From Lama glama (Eukaryota): 60,000 bases of DNA. Below, piece by piece: positions 1 through 12,100 of the stretch (position 1 is the stretch's first letter; each line of letters begins with the position of its first letter). The position numbers and the translations under genes are program-made. The stretch lies in NCBI GenBank assembly GCA_028534125.1, contig CM052832.1, positions 20,834,001-20,894,000 of the forward strand. Direction: 5' to 3'. The notes below the pieces were generated by a model. It saw only the letters and a list, made by a program, of their open reading frames with translations, had not been told where the DNA came from and ran no database searches.

Positions 1-255
1 CAGCTGGGTGTCAGAGAGGCAGCTTGCACCCCAAGCAGTGGTGGGAAGTACACCTTCCCCAGAAACATTCAGCAACTCAACATCAAGTCACCATAACTTA
101 AACTGTGTCCACGAGCATCTGTGCTTTATCTTGATTTATTTTGTACGCCAGTTAGCAAGTTGTGTCCTAAGGTAACTGCCTCTTTGCTTTATGCCATTTC
201 AGCTTACAGAAAGTTTCATAGGAACACTCAAGTTTCAAATATTGGGAGAAGCCTG
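1..255. mobile_element. Tigger/TcMar non-autonomous DNA transposon end (MER82-like), truncated by the window start
   Basis: Ends TTTCAGCTTACAGAAAGTTTCATAGGAACACTCAAGTTTCAAATATTGGGAGAAGCCTG followed by TA. This resembles the MER82 terminus as I recall it, with a TA target site. Confidence 0.7.
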
Positions 256-944
256 TACATCCCCTAGGAGCAACGGTTCCATATTTACTAATTTATGTTT
301 TCGCCAACTCCATAGAACGTAACTACCACAAATAACAAGAATTGACTGCTCGTAACTAAAACAAGCACTTCACAAAAATCTTTATAACTATAAGCCACCG
401 ATTTCTTTCCATTCTACTCTATTCTATCCATTGCATTAAAACAAATATGCTGTGACCAAATGCATTAATTTCATAACCTACTAAGGAGTCAAGATCCAAA
501 GTGAAAGGTTACTGATCCAGGACCTACTACTATAAGACAAAGCAATTTTGAAATGGCCTTTAAGGCCCTTCATGATCCTGATTCATTCTCTGTCTCTCTT
601 CTTACCTCGAGTGCTCTGTTTTACCATGCTTATTTCAACTGTGGGGGGTGGTATGAACTTTGTTTACAGTCCTATCATAACAGGTCCCCCCACTTGAGCT
701 TTCTTGCTTAAATCAGACCAATGACATAAAAAAGCAACTCAGGACCTAGTTGTTACTCATTTTAAAAATAAAGCCTTCTCAGATTTCTCAGAGTCACATC
801 GGTTTTTCATTTCTTTGAAATCTCTTAGAACTAACTGTTTCAAGTTGCAGACTTTCCTTCTGGTTGAGATGAAGATTAGACAACTGATGTCTGCCTTCTA
901 GATGAGTAGTCTGGTTAGGAAACACAGACAATATTCTGAGTTAA

Positions 945-1150
945 GTGACTCTTCTACCACAAATAAGGTGACTGTGGGTGGCTTACTTACACATTAAAGT
1001 CTCATATATCCTCACCTGTAAAACGGAGATATTAACACTGACTACCATACTGGGTTTCGGTGAGAAGTAAAAGAGAGAATTTATGTGCTTCAAACAATAA
1101 TGGGTAGAAATGACTGCTCAGTAACTTTCAGTTATTTAGTTATCATGATT
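945..1150 (+). mobile_element. MIR SINE remnant
   Basis: Diverged MIR core CCTCACCTGTAAAACGGAGATATTAACA followed by GTGAGAAGTAAAAGAGAGAAT. Confidence 0.65.
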
Positions 1151-1263
1151 ACTGTTTTTATTAGGATTATCAGGGAGCCAAGCAGTATCTTATTTTCCCA
1201 TCCGGGGTTTAGCATTACTTTGGCCTCCCTATCCTTTCTTCCTTTTGGCTTTCCAACCATATG

Positions 1264-1306
1264 CTTCTGATATTTCTAACTGTATAGCAGTTAGAAATAT
1301 CAGAAG
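1264..1306. repeat. Perfect 19-bp inverted repeat with a 5-nt spacer
   Basis: CTTCTGATATTTCTAACTG (1264-1282), spacer TATAG, CAGTTAGAAATATCAGAAG (1288-1306). The arms are exact reverse complements. Confidence 0.95.
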
Positions 1307-1727
1307 AATAAAATCATTTAAAATCAAGTCAGAGATAAGATTCAAAACAGCAGTTTGTGTGTGGCTTTCAATAACTGAGAGATAGTGATCTTCATACCTT
1401 TCAAGGTTTAATGTGAAATATTCTTTCTGAACTGTTTACATTAGCTGTTCAATTAAAATTATTTATTGACTATCTTATCCAAATACGATTTCAATTTCTT
1501 AACTCTGAATTTAGTCGAAACTAATTTGCCCAGTACCATCCCAGTCATGAGCATAGCCGGCTGATTGGGAGTTACAGATAAACCATTTACTCACGTGAAA
1601 TTTCGCACGTTAAGTATTTGTTTTTAACAAATTAAAACCTTTAACAGTTTTAATGTCAGTATCTATATATAGTCTCTGTCTATTGAAAATCACTGAATTG
1701 TTGCCTTGAAGACTCAAGTGTATGTAT

Positions 1728-1937
1728 TCCAGAGCCATTCTAATGTGGTAACTACTAGCCACGTGTGGTTATTTAAATTTAAATTAATTAAAATTAAGTT
1801 ATACAAAAAATTAATTCCTTAGATCCACTAGCTACACTTCAAGTGCTCAAAGCCAAATGTGGCTGGTGACTGCTCTATTGGTCAGTGAGGACATAGTTGC
1901 ATCATTGCATAAAATTGTTTTGGATAGTGATATTCTA
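1728..1937. mobile_element. hAT-Charlie MITE (MER3-like)
   Basis: ACTAGCCACGTGTGGTTATTTAAATTTAAATTAATTAAAATT...TTCAAGTGCTCAAAGCCAAATGTGGCTGGTGACT is characteristic of the MER3/MER33 family. Confidence 0.75.
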
Positions 1938-2029
1938 GAAAATACTTAATTTTTGACCTCTCTGAAAAAAAGCAACTCCTTTTTAGTATTTGTTTCAGGC
2001 TGATACCCTGCACCTTCTTTTCCTTTATT

Positions 2030-3560
2030 CTACAGCTATTACACATCTTACATCTACATCGGTTATAAACAACTTAAATGTAAAATTCTGATTTTCCTTT
2101 AAACAACCATGCAGATTATACAGAGATTTTTTTTAAAAAGCAAAACAAAATATTTTTAATTTACCCATATATTTATCACTTGCCATGCTTTTCATTCCTT
2201 TATGAAGATCAAATTTCCCTTCTACTATTAATTCCCTTTAGCCTGAATAACTTTTTTTTATAGTAAATCTGCTGATAAGGAATACTGGTAGCATTCTTTT
2301 ATCTGAAAAATGTTTTTATTTTGCCCTATTTCTTAAAAAATATTGTTGCTGGATACAGAATTCTAGGTCGACATTTTGGGGGTTTTCTTTTTTCCTTCAT
2401 CATTATGAAAATGCTGTTCTGCACTCTTCTGGCTCCAATTATCTCTAAAGAAAAGTCAGCCTATACCAAATTTGGGAAAACATTCACTATTATTTCTTCA
2501 AAATTTTTTTGTGCTCTATTGTTTTTCTCCTCTATTTTTGGAACTCCAAGTACATGTAAGTTAAGCCACTCAATATTACCTAACAGATCTCTGAAGTTCT
2601 GTTCATATTTATTTTAATCTGATCTTCCCTGATCTTTATATTGAATAATTACTATTAATCTATCTTAAAGTCCACTTAGTTTTTCCTTTGAACCAACTCT
2701 ATTTGGCTGTTACTCTATCAAGAGCATCTCTTTTTCAGGTACTGAATTTTACAGTTCTAGAATTCCCATTATTTATTTTCTCTATTTTTTTCTGCAGAAG
2801 ATTTTCTATCCCTCCATTCACTCTGAATATATTGCATTTACTTCCTAGCAGATGGTCATGATAGCGGTTTTAAAAATTATCTGCTACTTCCAACATCTGT
2901 GCCATCTTGGTATTGATTTCAGTTAGTGGCCTTTTCTTATGGGAATACACTCTATTGTCTGTTTTATTTGTATGTATGTAATTTTGGATTGTATCCTTAA
3001 CATTATAGATGCTAAGATGTAGAGATTCTGGATCCTGTTATGTTTCTCCTATGAGTCTTGTTCCTTCTGGTTTAGCAAACAAGTATCTTGCCTCAACTCA
3101 GAACTGCAATTTTTCATTTTCGGATGACAGCAATGGTCCTGATTCAGATATTTTAACTTTAGCCAAATTGCTTTGATTCTTTTCTGTTTTTGTGAATCAG
3201 GTAAGTCAGGTAAGTGGGGAAAGAGAATATGGGAATCTCACTTACAGCCCTTTCCCTTCTAGAACTTCCCCTTATCTCCGCTGGCTGTGTTTTTCCCAGA
3301 TTTAGGGTTCTGGCTCTCTGCTGAGGACTGTAGATTTGTTTACTAGCACCCTCTTCCTCTGCATGCCATGTCCAAAGATTAAAAGTCATGAAAACAGGCA
3401 ATAACTCCATTTAACTTCTCTTCAAGATTTCTTTATTAGACTCTTTATTGTGTTTACTCTAGTGCCTTCAAGTGACTGCTTTTTGTGTTTTCCAGAATTT
3501 ATAGCTATTTTCTGGTCAAAGTGTCAGTCAGCAGAACCATACTTAGTCATGACATAAAGC
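2030..3560 (-). mobile_element. Ancient LINE-1 (L1M) fragment, ORF1/5' region, antisense to +
   Basis: T-rich tract with L1 antisense hallmarks such as TTGCTGGATACAGAATTCTAGGT, CTTCTGGCTCC, AAATTTGGGAAAA and CTATTATTTCTTCAAAATTTTTT. Heavily decayed. Confidence 0.75.
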
Positions 3561-4816
3561 AAAAGTCTCCTTTCCTTTTCCTTTGATACTGTTTTTTGGT
3601 TTCAGGAGGCCCTGACCTTGAGAATTACTCTTAGTTTGTCAAAGTAAGTTTTCCTTTATTTTAGTCAGCAAACAAGATGCCCTTTTTGTATTTTTAAAAA
3701 ATATTTGTTTCTTTTTTTGTTATTGCCACACTTCTGTACATAAACAAATAACTTTACTAGAGGATTGAGGGTTTTAGATGGCTCTCTGATTTAAGAAACA
3801 AGTTGTCAAGAGGATTTAGGAGCTAAAAGATTTTGTCATTTAGTAATGTAATTTTTTTTATAAATAGCAGCTTTAAGGAAGTATATTTCTCAGGTAACAC
3901 AAAAGCAGGACTTGACTCTAAATCAAGAGATGTAGGCCCCAGGTCTAGCACTACCAAGTCGCTTATCCCGTCTGCCTGCACCTCTGTTTCCTCATCACTA
4001 CAAATGCCCACTTCAGCTCTTCAGACTGCAGTGAGCTTTCAACTATACAGGAAAAGCCTCTAAGATATGATAAATCTATGTATTATAATGTTAAATAAGC
4101 AGTTGTACTTTCACAGTTTAAAGCAATATTGAAATACACTGAATATCATTAACATAATCAGTGTTCTGTTCTTTCTCAAAACTTAAATTCAATACTATTT
4201 TCAAAGACCTTGTTTATGATGACGGTGGTTATCCCACAAGCTTACAACTGTTACTGCTCAAATGTTTCATTATTACTGGCAAATTTGTAATAGCCCTTTT
4301 ATGACCCTTTAGGGTATCTATTCCATCTATTCTATTCTACCTTCTATAATTTCCCTATTACCATGAATCCTCTGGGTAATTATGCCTTTTTGGCATTCTA
4401 AGAACTTCAGACTAAATCTACTTGAAGCCAACAAACTGTACTAAAAAAGAAAAACCCTTTAAAAGTCAAGACATCTGGCACTGTGGAGATTAGAAGTGTT
4501 TTGAGAATTGATTTCAATCAGTTGATTGTGAATTGGTAGCTGATCACACTCTTCTCTACATCACTTCACAGTGTTCCAAGTAAGCTCATTAGCATTAAAA
4601 ACAGGAATGCAGGATCATGAAGAAGCTAGCAACTGCAAGAAAGAAGCTGCCACCCCAACTGTGGGAAGGTCACTCCTCTCAAGGATTCCATAGTCATCTG
4701 TCCTTTCCAAGCTCCCAGTACACTCCCTAGTGTCTCTTAAATTCTGTTCATCACAAAAATTCTGAGACAAAAAGAGCTATTCTCCACATTAGAAGTAGGC
4801 AAGCCACAGCACAGAC

Positions 4817-5107
4817 TAGTGCTGCCCAACAGAAATACAATGTGAGCCACACATATAATTTTATACTCTCTAGAAGCAACATTTGACAAAGTGAAATAAG
4901 AAAATTAATTTTAATAACATTTTTAATCCAATATATCCTTTTTAACATGAAGCCAATATTAAAATTAATCAGATACATATTTTACTTTCTTATTATTATG
5001 CTAAGTCTTCAAAATCTAGAGCATTGTATCCTTACTATTCATGCTAGCCACACTTTAAGTACTCAGTAGACATCCGGGGCTAGTGACTACCATATTAGAT
5101 AGCACAC
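4817..5107. mobile_element. hAT-Charlie MITE (MER33-like)
   Basis: Begins AGTGCTGCCCAACAGAAATACAATGTGAGCCACA and ends TAGCCACACTTTAAGTACTCAGTAG...CTACCATATTAGATAGCACA. Confidence 0.75.
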
Positions 5108-5849
5108 TCGTCAGTACTCTTTTTTGCTACATAGTCATTCTTCTGTTTTTGTCTAATGTTGCCCAACTATAAACACAGGTTCAAGGTAACCATGTCTATT
5201 ATTATGCTCCCGAGATTAGAAATGAGTACAAATCTGGTAGAATCTCAGATCCAGAACTCTTCTTTTCCTTTAATATGAGACACACCACTAGGGCAACAGT
5301 TCCTTATAATACAACCTTAACTGTGGCATGTCTTTATTTGGAAGCAGCTTTCCTTTAATTCATGACAGAGTCTATAGACCATGATTGACTAAAATGAGAC
5401 TTTGGTCACAGCTTCAAAAATGTAGGATCACTTTTCCAGGGCACTGATAGACTGTTAGAGGAAGCAAACAGAGGAAACCTCGAACAACTATCAAAGTGCT
5501 ATCCCTCTCACTGTACAACACTGGTCCCGAGAGAGAGAGGAATGATTCACCTAAACTCACACAGCTAGCGGACAGAAGATAGAGACTGGTAATCTCCATT
5601 TCTAGTTTTGTAACTTTCTGTTCAGTATGTTGACTGTCACAGAATCAAGCTTACTCTGTATGTATTTCTACTGCACAGAATCACACCAGTATTTTCCCAT
5701 ATTTTCCTATGTGAGCTCTGAGTAATACATATCTTAGGCATCAACAAGCAGAAATGACTTCCATAATGAAAGAACTGCAGACTAGTTCTGCAGTGAGGAA
5801 GGAGACCGAAGGGAAAGCAGGCTTACAGAACATGCACAACTCGGGAATC

Positions 5850-6020
5850 AATGAGTAAAAATGAGTTCTGGCTCTAGCTCTGGTGAAAACTAGCTGTGTG
5901 ACCTTGAGCAAATCTCTTAACCTCTCCATGACCCAATCTCCTTATCTGCAAAATGACTGGCAGTGGGAGGATTAGATTATTTCCCAGGTCTCTTCCAGTT
6001 CTAAGATACTTATTCTAATT
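5850..6020 (+). mobile_element. MIR/MIR3 SINE
   Basis: CTAGCTGTGTGACCTTGAGCAAATCTCTTAACCTCTC...CTTATCTGCAAAATG, with MIR3-type tail GGTCTCTTCCAGTTCTAAGAT. Confidence 0.8.
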
Positions 6021-7054
6021 CCTGCTAGACAAATGATTATATAATAACAACCTTTCTAAGTTAGTCATCTACTAAGAAAAAAAAATGCTGCCATCTGTCC
6101 TCTTTATGGATACTTCTGAGGACTGGTCAAATACTACTAACTGTAAAGAAAAGAATTAAGTCCCCAGCAATAACTACTGTAACACCTTTTTCTCAATGAG
6201 CAAGGCTCCTATAGCAGTAAGCATCCTACAAAGTAATAATAGCATGGTTGAAATTACATCTTCCTTCAGAAAATTTCACTTTACTGAAATAAAAGTGGGA
6301 AATGGATGACCTGTAACAATGCTGCATGGATAGGATTTTTTTTTTACACTTCGAACTGAAAGATGATCGATTACAAAGGCAATTTTGGTATAAGATATCT
6401 CAATACTTCTCCCACTGCTTTAAATTCATTAAATAGATACGTATATATAGCACCTTTTTTGAGCCAGGCAATAGTGAGCTAAACTGATGTAATACCTGCC
6501 CCCATGAATTTTATAGCCCAATGTATAAACATATAAAGGAAATTAAACTAATGATCCTTTAAGGGTTGAGTACATAATATAGCCACATTGACCTTCCAAT
6601 ATTAAAAACTGATCTTAAAAAAACAGCTCTATAAAAATATAGACCTTAATCTATGTTTACCTTTCTACCTGTATGTGTGATTAAGAAGACAGAAGTGAGT
6701 ACACTGGTTCTAAAGAAAGTACTAGATGTAGAAGCTTCTGGAAATACAGTAAGGTACGGTGTGCTCAAGTGCTTCCTCAAAGTTCCAAAGGCTTCTGAGA
6801 CATGAAGACTGTAAGCATATACATTTTTTGCATAGCATCACAGTCTTCCTTCTCAAGGATTTTTTAATTATCTATCCTTCCCGTGATGCCCCCAAATGAA
6901 GACAAGCCCCCTACTCCTGGTTCCCAGCAATTAGCGACACAGAAGGTTGCTGGAAAGAGGGATGCAACTGTTCATCTTTCACCTGCTGGCCCTCACCCAG
7001 GCTGGCTTCACGCGACCAGTATTTTGTTATGAGTCTTTCTTTCACTGGGACGTA

Positions 7055-7117
7055 GGGCTTTACGCCAGAAACAGACACGTAACTGACTGTACTTCAATAA
7101 AAAACAATTTTTTAAGA
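7055..7117 (+). mobile_element. Very short 3' tail of a lineage-specific LINE-1
   Basis: TACGCCAGAAACAGACACGTAACTGACTGTACTTCAATAAAAAA resembles the L1 terminus at 53391 and, more loosely, the one at 9785-9830. Confidence 0.6.
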
Positions 7118-8530
7118 TTATATATAGATAGATAGATAGATATATCTGGAAAAAAAAAACCCTGGGGCTTCCTTAATTCTATAAGAAAGGAAAGATTCTA
7201 GTAAAGATTAGTGATTGCCAAATATCATTCTGCTATCACTGTATTTCTGTTGAAATCATGTGAAATGCACAATTCCCTAGAATATTTTTCCAATAAGGAA
7301 ATGTAAAGAGATTACCTTAATAAAATTACAAAAATTACAAATTCTGTTACGTCTTGCATTCTGAATACTACTATCAATTAAATGTACCAGTGGTTACTCT
7401 TGGAAAACAATATTGGCATTCCTCATTCCTACAACTAGAAGCCTAAACCAAAGAGCCTTTGCGGTATGAACATTGATTATTACAGTCCTGGAAGAAAAAG
7501 ATGAAGTAAAGGCATCCCTGTAACAAAACAAGGAAAAACATATAAACCCGTAGGTGCTCGAGAAGGAAAAATATCGTAAACCCAATGTCATCCACCTCGC
7601 ATCTACAGTGTTTTGTAAGACTGATGTGTATATACCTCTGCTACCAAGAGGGGTAGGCAGAGTCTAATGTCAGAGTATCAAACACATTTGAAAGGAAAAC
7701 AGGGGGAGAAAAGATCACTTGTATAAGGCACTAGCCAAACGCCAATTTTTATGTACTGGCTTCTTTCAAAATATTCAATCACACCTAATAATTGGCAGGA
7801 AACACAAAAAGGCTCTCACTCTCATGCTGTTGCATTGACTTCCCCTGGGGTACACGGACATTTGTGGCCACTAGCAGCAGCAAGGGAAAAACCCCAGGGA
7901 GACCAGATACATTCAGTTCACCACCACCCTCTCCTGCATCGACACCTCTCTGCTATTAATATCCTTTAGTCTTGTGGTTTAGGAAGGGGTTCTTAAAAGC
8001 ATCAAAGTCACATTTTTCTGGGTGGATAGAAAGCTAAAGAATTTTTGTTATTAAAGAAAAATACAAAGAGAAGCCAAAATATCAAATTCAATGGATGTTT
8101 CCTGAACACTTTTCATTTAATAAGCTTCTCTATGGTTTGTCAGAACTAAGAACATCTCACTCCTGGAGCAAGTTACATGTTTTATGAAATCCCCACAAAA
8201 GAAGAATGATCATTCTTTTGTATAGAATGCTTGCTTTATAACATTTCCCATTTTTTTTACTACTTTAAAATTTTCTCTCTTATGTTCACTATGTCAAAAT
8301 AAAATGTCTAATTGGCTGGTTCTGATTTCAGAAGTGATAATAATATATCTATTTTCTCATTTACAAATTCCGTAACTATATAGATAGAACTTTTCACCTT
8401 TTGGTGATGTCTTATGATTACTGAGATAGATTAATTCATGAATTTCACCATGAATGTATCCTGACTACATCAAGTACAGCACAATTCCAAGTGACTTATT
8501 TAATATGAGTTAATAGAATATACAGCCTGA

Positions 8531-9845
8531 CTCAGTAATCCTGCTCCTGGGCATATATCCAGAAGGAATCCTACTTCAAAAAGACACCTGCACCTCAATG
8601 TTCACAGAAGCACTATTTACAATAGCCAAAACATGGAAACAGCCTAAATGTCCACCAACAGATGACTGGATAAAGAAGTTGTGGTATATTTATACAATGG
8701 AATACTATTTAGCCATAAAAACCGACAACATAACGCCATTTGCAGCAACATGGATGTTCCTGGAGAATGTCATTCTAAGTGAAGTAAGCCAGAAAGAGAA
8801 AGAAAAAAACCATATGAGATCGCTCATATGTGGAATCTTAAAAAAAAAAAAATGAACGTAAATGCAAAACAGAAACAGACTCATAGACATAGAATACAAA
8901 CTTGTGGTTGCCAAGGGNNNNNNNNNNNNNNNNNNNNNNNNNNNNNNNNNNNNNNNNNNNNNNNNNNNNNNNNNNNNNNNNNNNNNNNNNNNNNNNNNNN
9001 NNNNNNNNNNNNNNNNNNNNNNNNNNNNNNNNNNNNNNNNNNNNNNNNNNNNNNNNNNNNNNNNNNNNNNNNNNNNNNNNNNNNNNNNNNNNNNNNNNNN
9101 NNNNNNNNNNNNNNNNNNNNNNNNNNNNNNNNNNNNNNNNNNNNNNNNNNNNNNNNNNNNNNNNNNNNNNNNNNNNNNNNNNNNNNNNNNNNNNNNNNNN
9201 NNNNNNNNNNNNNNNNNNNNNNNNNNNNNNNNNNNNNNNNNNNNNNNNNNNNNNNNNNNNNNNNNNNNNNNNNNNNNNNNNNNNNNNNNNNNNNNNNNNN
9301 NNNNNNNNNNNNNNNNNNNNNNNNNNNNNNNNNNNNNNNNNNNNNNNNNNNNNNNNNNNNNNNNNNNNNNNNNNNNNNNNNNNNNNNNNNNNNNNNNNNN
9401 NNNNNNNNNNNNNNNNNAACCGACAACATAACGCCATTTGCAGCAACATGGATGTTCCTGGAGAATGTCATTCTAAGTGAAGTAAGCCAGAAAGAGAAAG
9501 AAAAAAACCATATGAGATCGCTCATATGTGGAATCTTAAAAAAAAAAAAATGAACGTAAATGCAAAACAGAAACAGACTCATAGACATAGAATACAAACT
9601 TGTGGTTGCCAAGGGGGCGGGGGGTGGGAAGGGACAGACTGGGATTTCAAAATGTAGAATAGATAAACAAGATTATACTGCATAGCACAGGGAAATATAC
9701 ACAAGATCTTGTGGTAGCTTACATCAAAAAAAAAAACATGACAATGAACATATGTATGTTCATGTATAACGGAAAAATTGTGCTCTACACTGGAATTTGA
9801 CACAACATTGTAAAATGACTAACTCATTAAAAAAATTTAAAAAAA
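8531..9845 (+). mobile_element. Young 5'-truncated LINE-1 (end of ORF2, 3' UTR, A tail) interrupted by an assembly gap
   Basis: ORF 8598-8855 (MFTEALFTIAKTWKQPKCPPTDDWIKKLWYIYTMEYY...) is the conserved L1 ORF2p C-terminus. G-rich 3' UTR and A-rich tail follow. Perfect 16-bp TSD AGAATATACAGCCTGA at 8515-8530 and 9846-9861. Confidence 0.95.
8918..9417. other. Assembly gap (500 N) with duplicated flanks
   Basis: 500 N. Sequence 9418-9615 repeats 8720-8917. Confidence 0.97.
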
Positions 9846-9879
9846 AGAATATACAGCCTGAATGAGCCTTTAATAGCCA

Positions 9880-10130
9880 TTTGGTCCCCAAATATTTACT
9901 GAGCACTTAGCATGCTCTCCTACTTACTAGGCCTATCACACTAAAGACAGACACAGCTCTCCTGCCCTGTGGTACTGATGACCCACTGAGGGTGGTGATC
10001 AGAGCACTGAAAAGCAAGAGTAACGATTTACTAAGTGTTTTGCTTGGGGAATTAAGGAGTGTTCACAGAAGCAGATAACTGAGGCCACATTCAGGGGCCA
10101 GAAAAGGCTTCAGGGGAACATGATTACTGA
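9880..10130 (-). mobile_element. L2 LINE remnant
   Basis: CAAATATTTACTGAGCACTTAG...GACAGACACAGCTCTCCTGCCCT is the antisense L2 3' end. Confidence 0.6.
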
Positions 10131-10729
10131 AGAGAGGCCTGGAAGGGACAGAGTCAGCCAGGCAATGATGAACAAATGCTCGTTAAACAAAAATCATTTG
10201 ACACAAAATCAGCTTAAGACTGAGGAACGTTTGCAGACATATGTTGCTCCTAAGCCACTTAATCAGGATAAATTTTCTGTAGGAGATAAGCCCAAAAGGA
10301 AACTGTAGCTTTAGGGTAGAACAACAGTCTTTTGTGTTCCGTCAGTCCTCGGCCTTCCTCTACATGGACAGGGAACCACACTGCGCCTCTCAGACAGTCC
10401 TAGAAGAAGATACGCTAGAGCACTTCCAGATAGTAAATATAAAAAAAAAAGTAAGAGATGAAACAGTGAGCACACAATTCCTTGGGATATTCTGGATACC
10501 TCAAGGCTTCTGTCTGCTTTGCTCTTGACTTCAGGACTTCTGATACCTGGTTCCCCCAAATAAATAGGTAGCTCCTCACATTAAGGAAGGTGACCCATAA
10601 TGATGCCATCAATATCTCCAAGCTTAATGCCAGATCACACACTTCTCTGTCTGCAGAAAAATTCTCAATAATGAAATCAAGAGTAGTCGTAGAAGCCCCA
10701 GTACCAGCAGGCAGACTCCACTGAACCCT

Positions 10730-10940
10730 TACAAAGTGCCAGAAGGGCTTCATGTTCAAGATCTCGTTTCAGTCTCACACAACTTCCATGAGGTGGGTAC
10801 TATCACTACCATTATTTCACACATGAGGAAGTGTAAGTTTGGGGAAAGTAGTTAAGGGCCTTGGGTCACAGAGCTGGTAGGTGGAGTGAGATTTAAACCC
10901 AGGCTCAAGCCTTCAGACCACTTCATGTACTTGCTTACTG
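10730..10940 (-). mobile_element. MIR SINE
   Basis: CATGAGGTGGGTACTATCAC...TTTCACACATGAGGAAGTG...GGTCACAGAGCTGGTAGGTGGAGTGAGATTTAAACCCAGG. Confidence 0.75.
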
Positions 10941-11609
10941 CCTCCAACACCATCAACCAAGGCCAGCGCATACTGCTGCATGATGGGAGAAAGAAAAGGG
11001 GCCCCAGCACGACAAGAGCGGGGACAAAAAGGGACAGCGGAGAGCTTCTAATGCTGCTGGTTAATTTCCATCTAATGGAGAAGGGACTGGGGAGATGCGA
11101 AAAAAAGGAAGATCTGACTTAGGTTGTTGAAATAACACAGAATTCAAATTGATGAAAAGAATCTGCAAACAACAGCAAGAGACGGAGCAAGGCTTCCAGG
11201 TTTACCATTGTGCATGTCTTGAATGTTCTGCCAGCAATTTGAACAAACAGAGGTTGGGCTTCCTCCTTGCCCCTAGGTAACCAGCATTAAAAGGGTAATT
11301 TTGAAAAGTAAAAATTTTCCATTCTTCTTATGTATAGAACCGTACAACAGCATTATGTTTTCAGAAAAACCAACAATCCTTGCTTTCATCTTTGAATTTT
11401 AAAATAAACCCTTCCATCTGTGTCACCACCAAGCAAACGAAATTTAGTGGACTAGCAATGAGTTCTCATCTCAAGTAAATAGTTATTTGCTCCTTTGTCT
11501 TAATTGTTATTGAATTGTTTGAAATTCTCTTCTTTTTTAAATACACTGATCTTCAGGATACACATCCTGTGTAATTACACCCTCAAAATATCACAGGTAA
11601 TGATTATTC

Positions 11610-11838
11610 CAGGGGTCAGCAATCCAAAGCTCATAAGCCAAATCTGGCTCACTGCCTGTTTTTTGGTAAATAAAGTTTTATTGAGACACGGCCATGCTCA
11701 TTCATTTACGTATCATCTGCAGATGCTTTCTCACTACACCAGCTGAGTTGAATAGCTGCAACAGAGACATTATGGCGCACAAAGCCTCAAGTATTTACTG
11801 TCTCACCTTCAGAAAAACACATTATGGCTTCCTGCCCC
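11610..11838. mobile_element. hAT-Charlie MER58A-like DNA transposon
   Basis: CAGGGGTCAGCAA...GCCAAATCTGGCTCACTGCCTGTTTTTTGGTAAATAAAGTTTTATTGAGACACGGCCATGCTCATTCATTTACGTAT...TGAGTTGAATAGCTGCAACAGAGAC. Confidence 0.85.
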
Positions 11839-11914
11839 TATACCATTGATAAGTCACCAGATAAGAGATTCGTTACTCTTCCCTAGAATTTGTCTTCTGG
11901 GTTCCCATTAATCT

Positions 11915-12100
11915 ACTCATTGATTCAGTCGTTAATCAACTAATGTCTGTGAAGCAACTAGTAGGCACCTGGCACACAGATGAAGAACAGGTTAGAGACT
12001 TGTGGAGAAACTGACAAACAAAAAACCATGCAGCGTCTACTCTAATAAAGTAGGAGCACGGAGAGAAGGACGCCTGGAAGCTATTTGGAGGCAATCAGGC
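11915..12100 (-). mobile_element. L2 LINE remnant
   Basis: CTCATTGATTCAGTCGTTAATCAACTAATGTCTGTGAAGCAACTAGTAGGCACCTGGCAC is a diverged antisense L2 tail. Confidence 0.5.

Noticed and set aside
6804..6848. Imperfect hairpin GAAGACTGT...ACAGTCTTC containing TTGCATAG (miR-153-like seed)
   Set aside because: Only 9 contiguous base pairs, several bulges and a short loop. It does not match the miR-153 or miR-7 mature sequences beyond a few bases.
8828..9612. Long ORFs of 189-243 aa on both strands
   Set aside because: They exist only because translation runs through 500 N. The flanks are L1 sequence.
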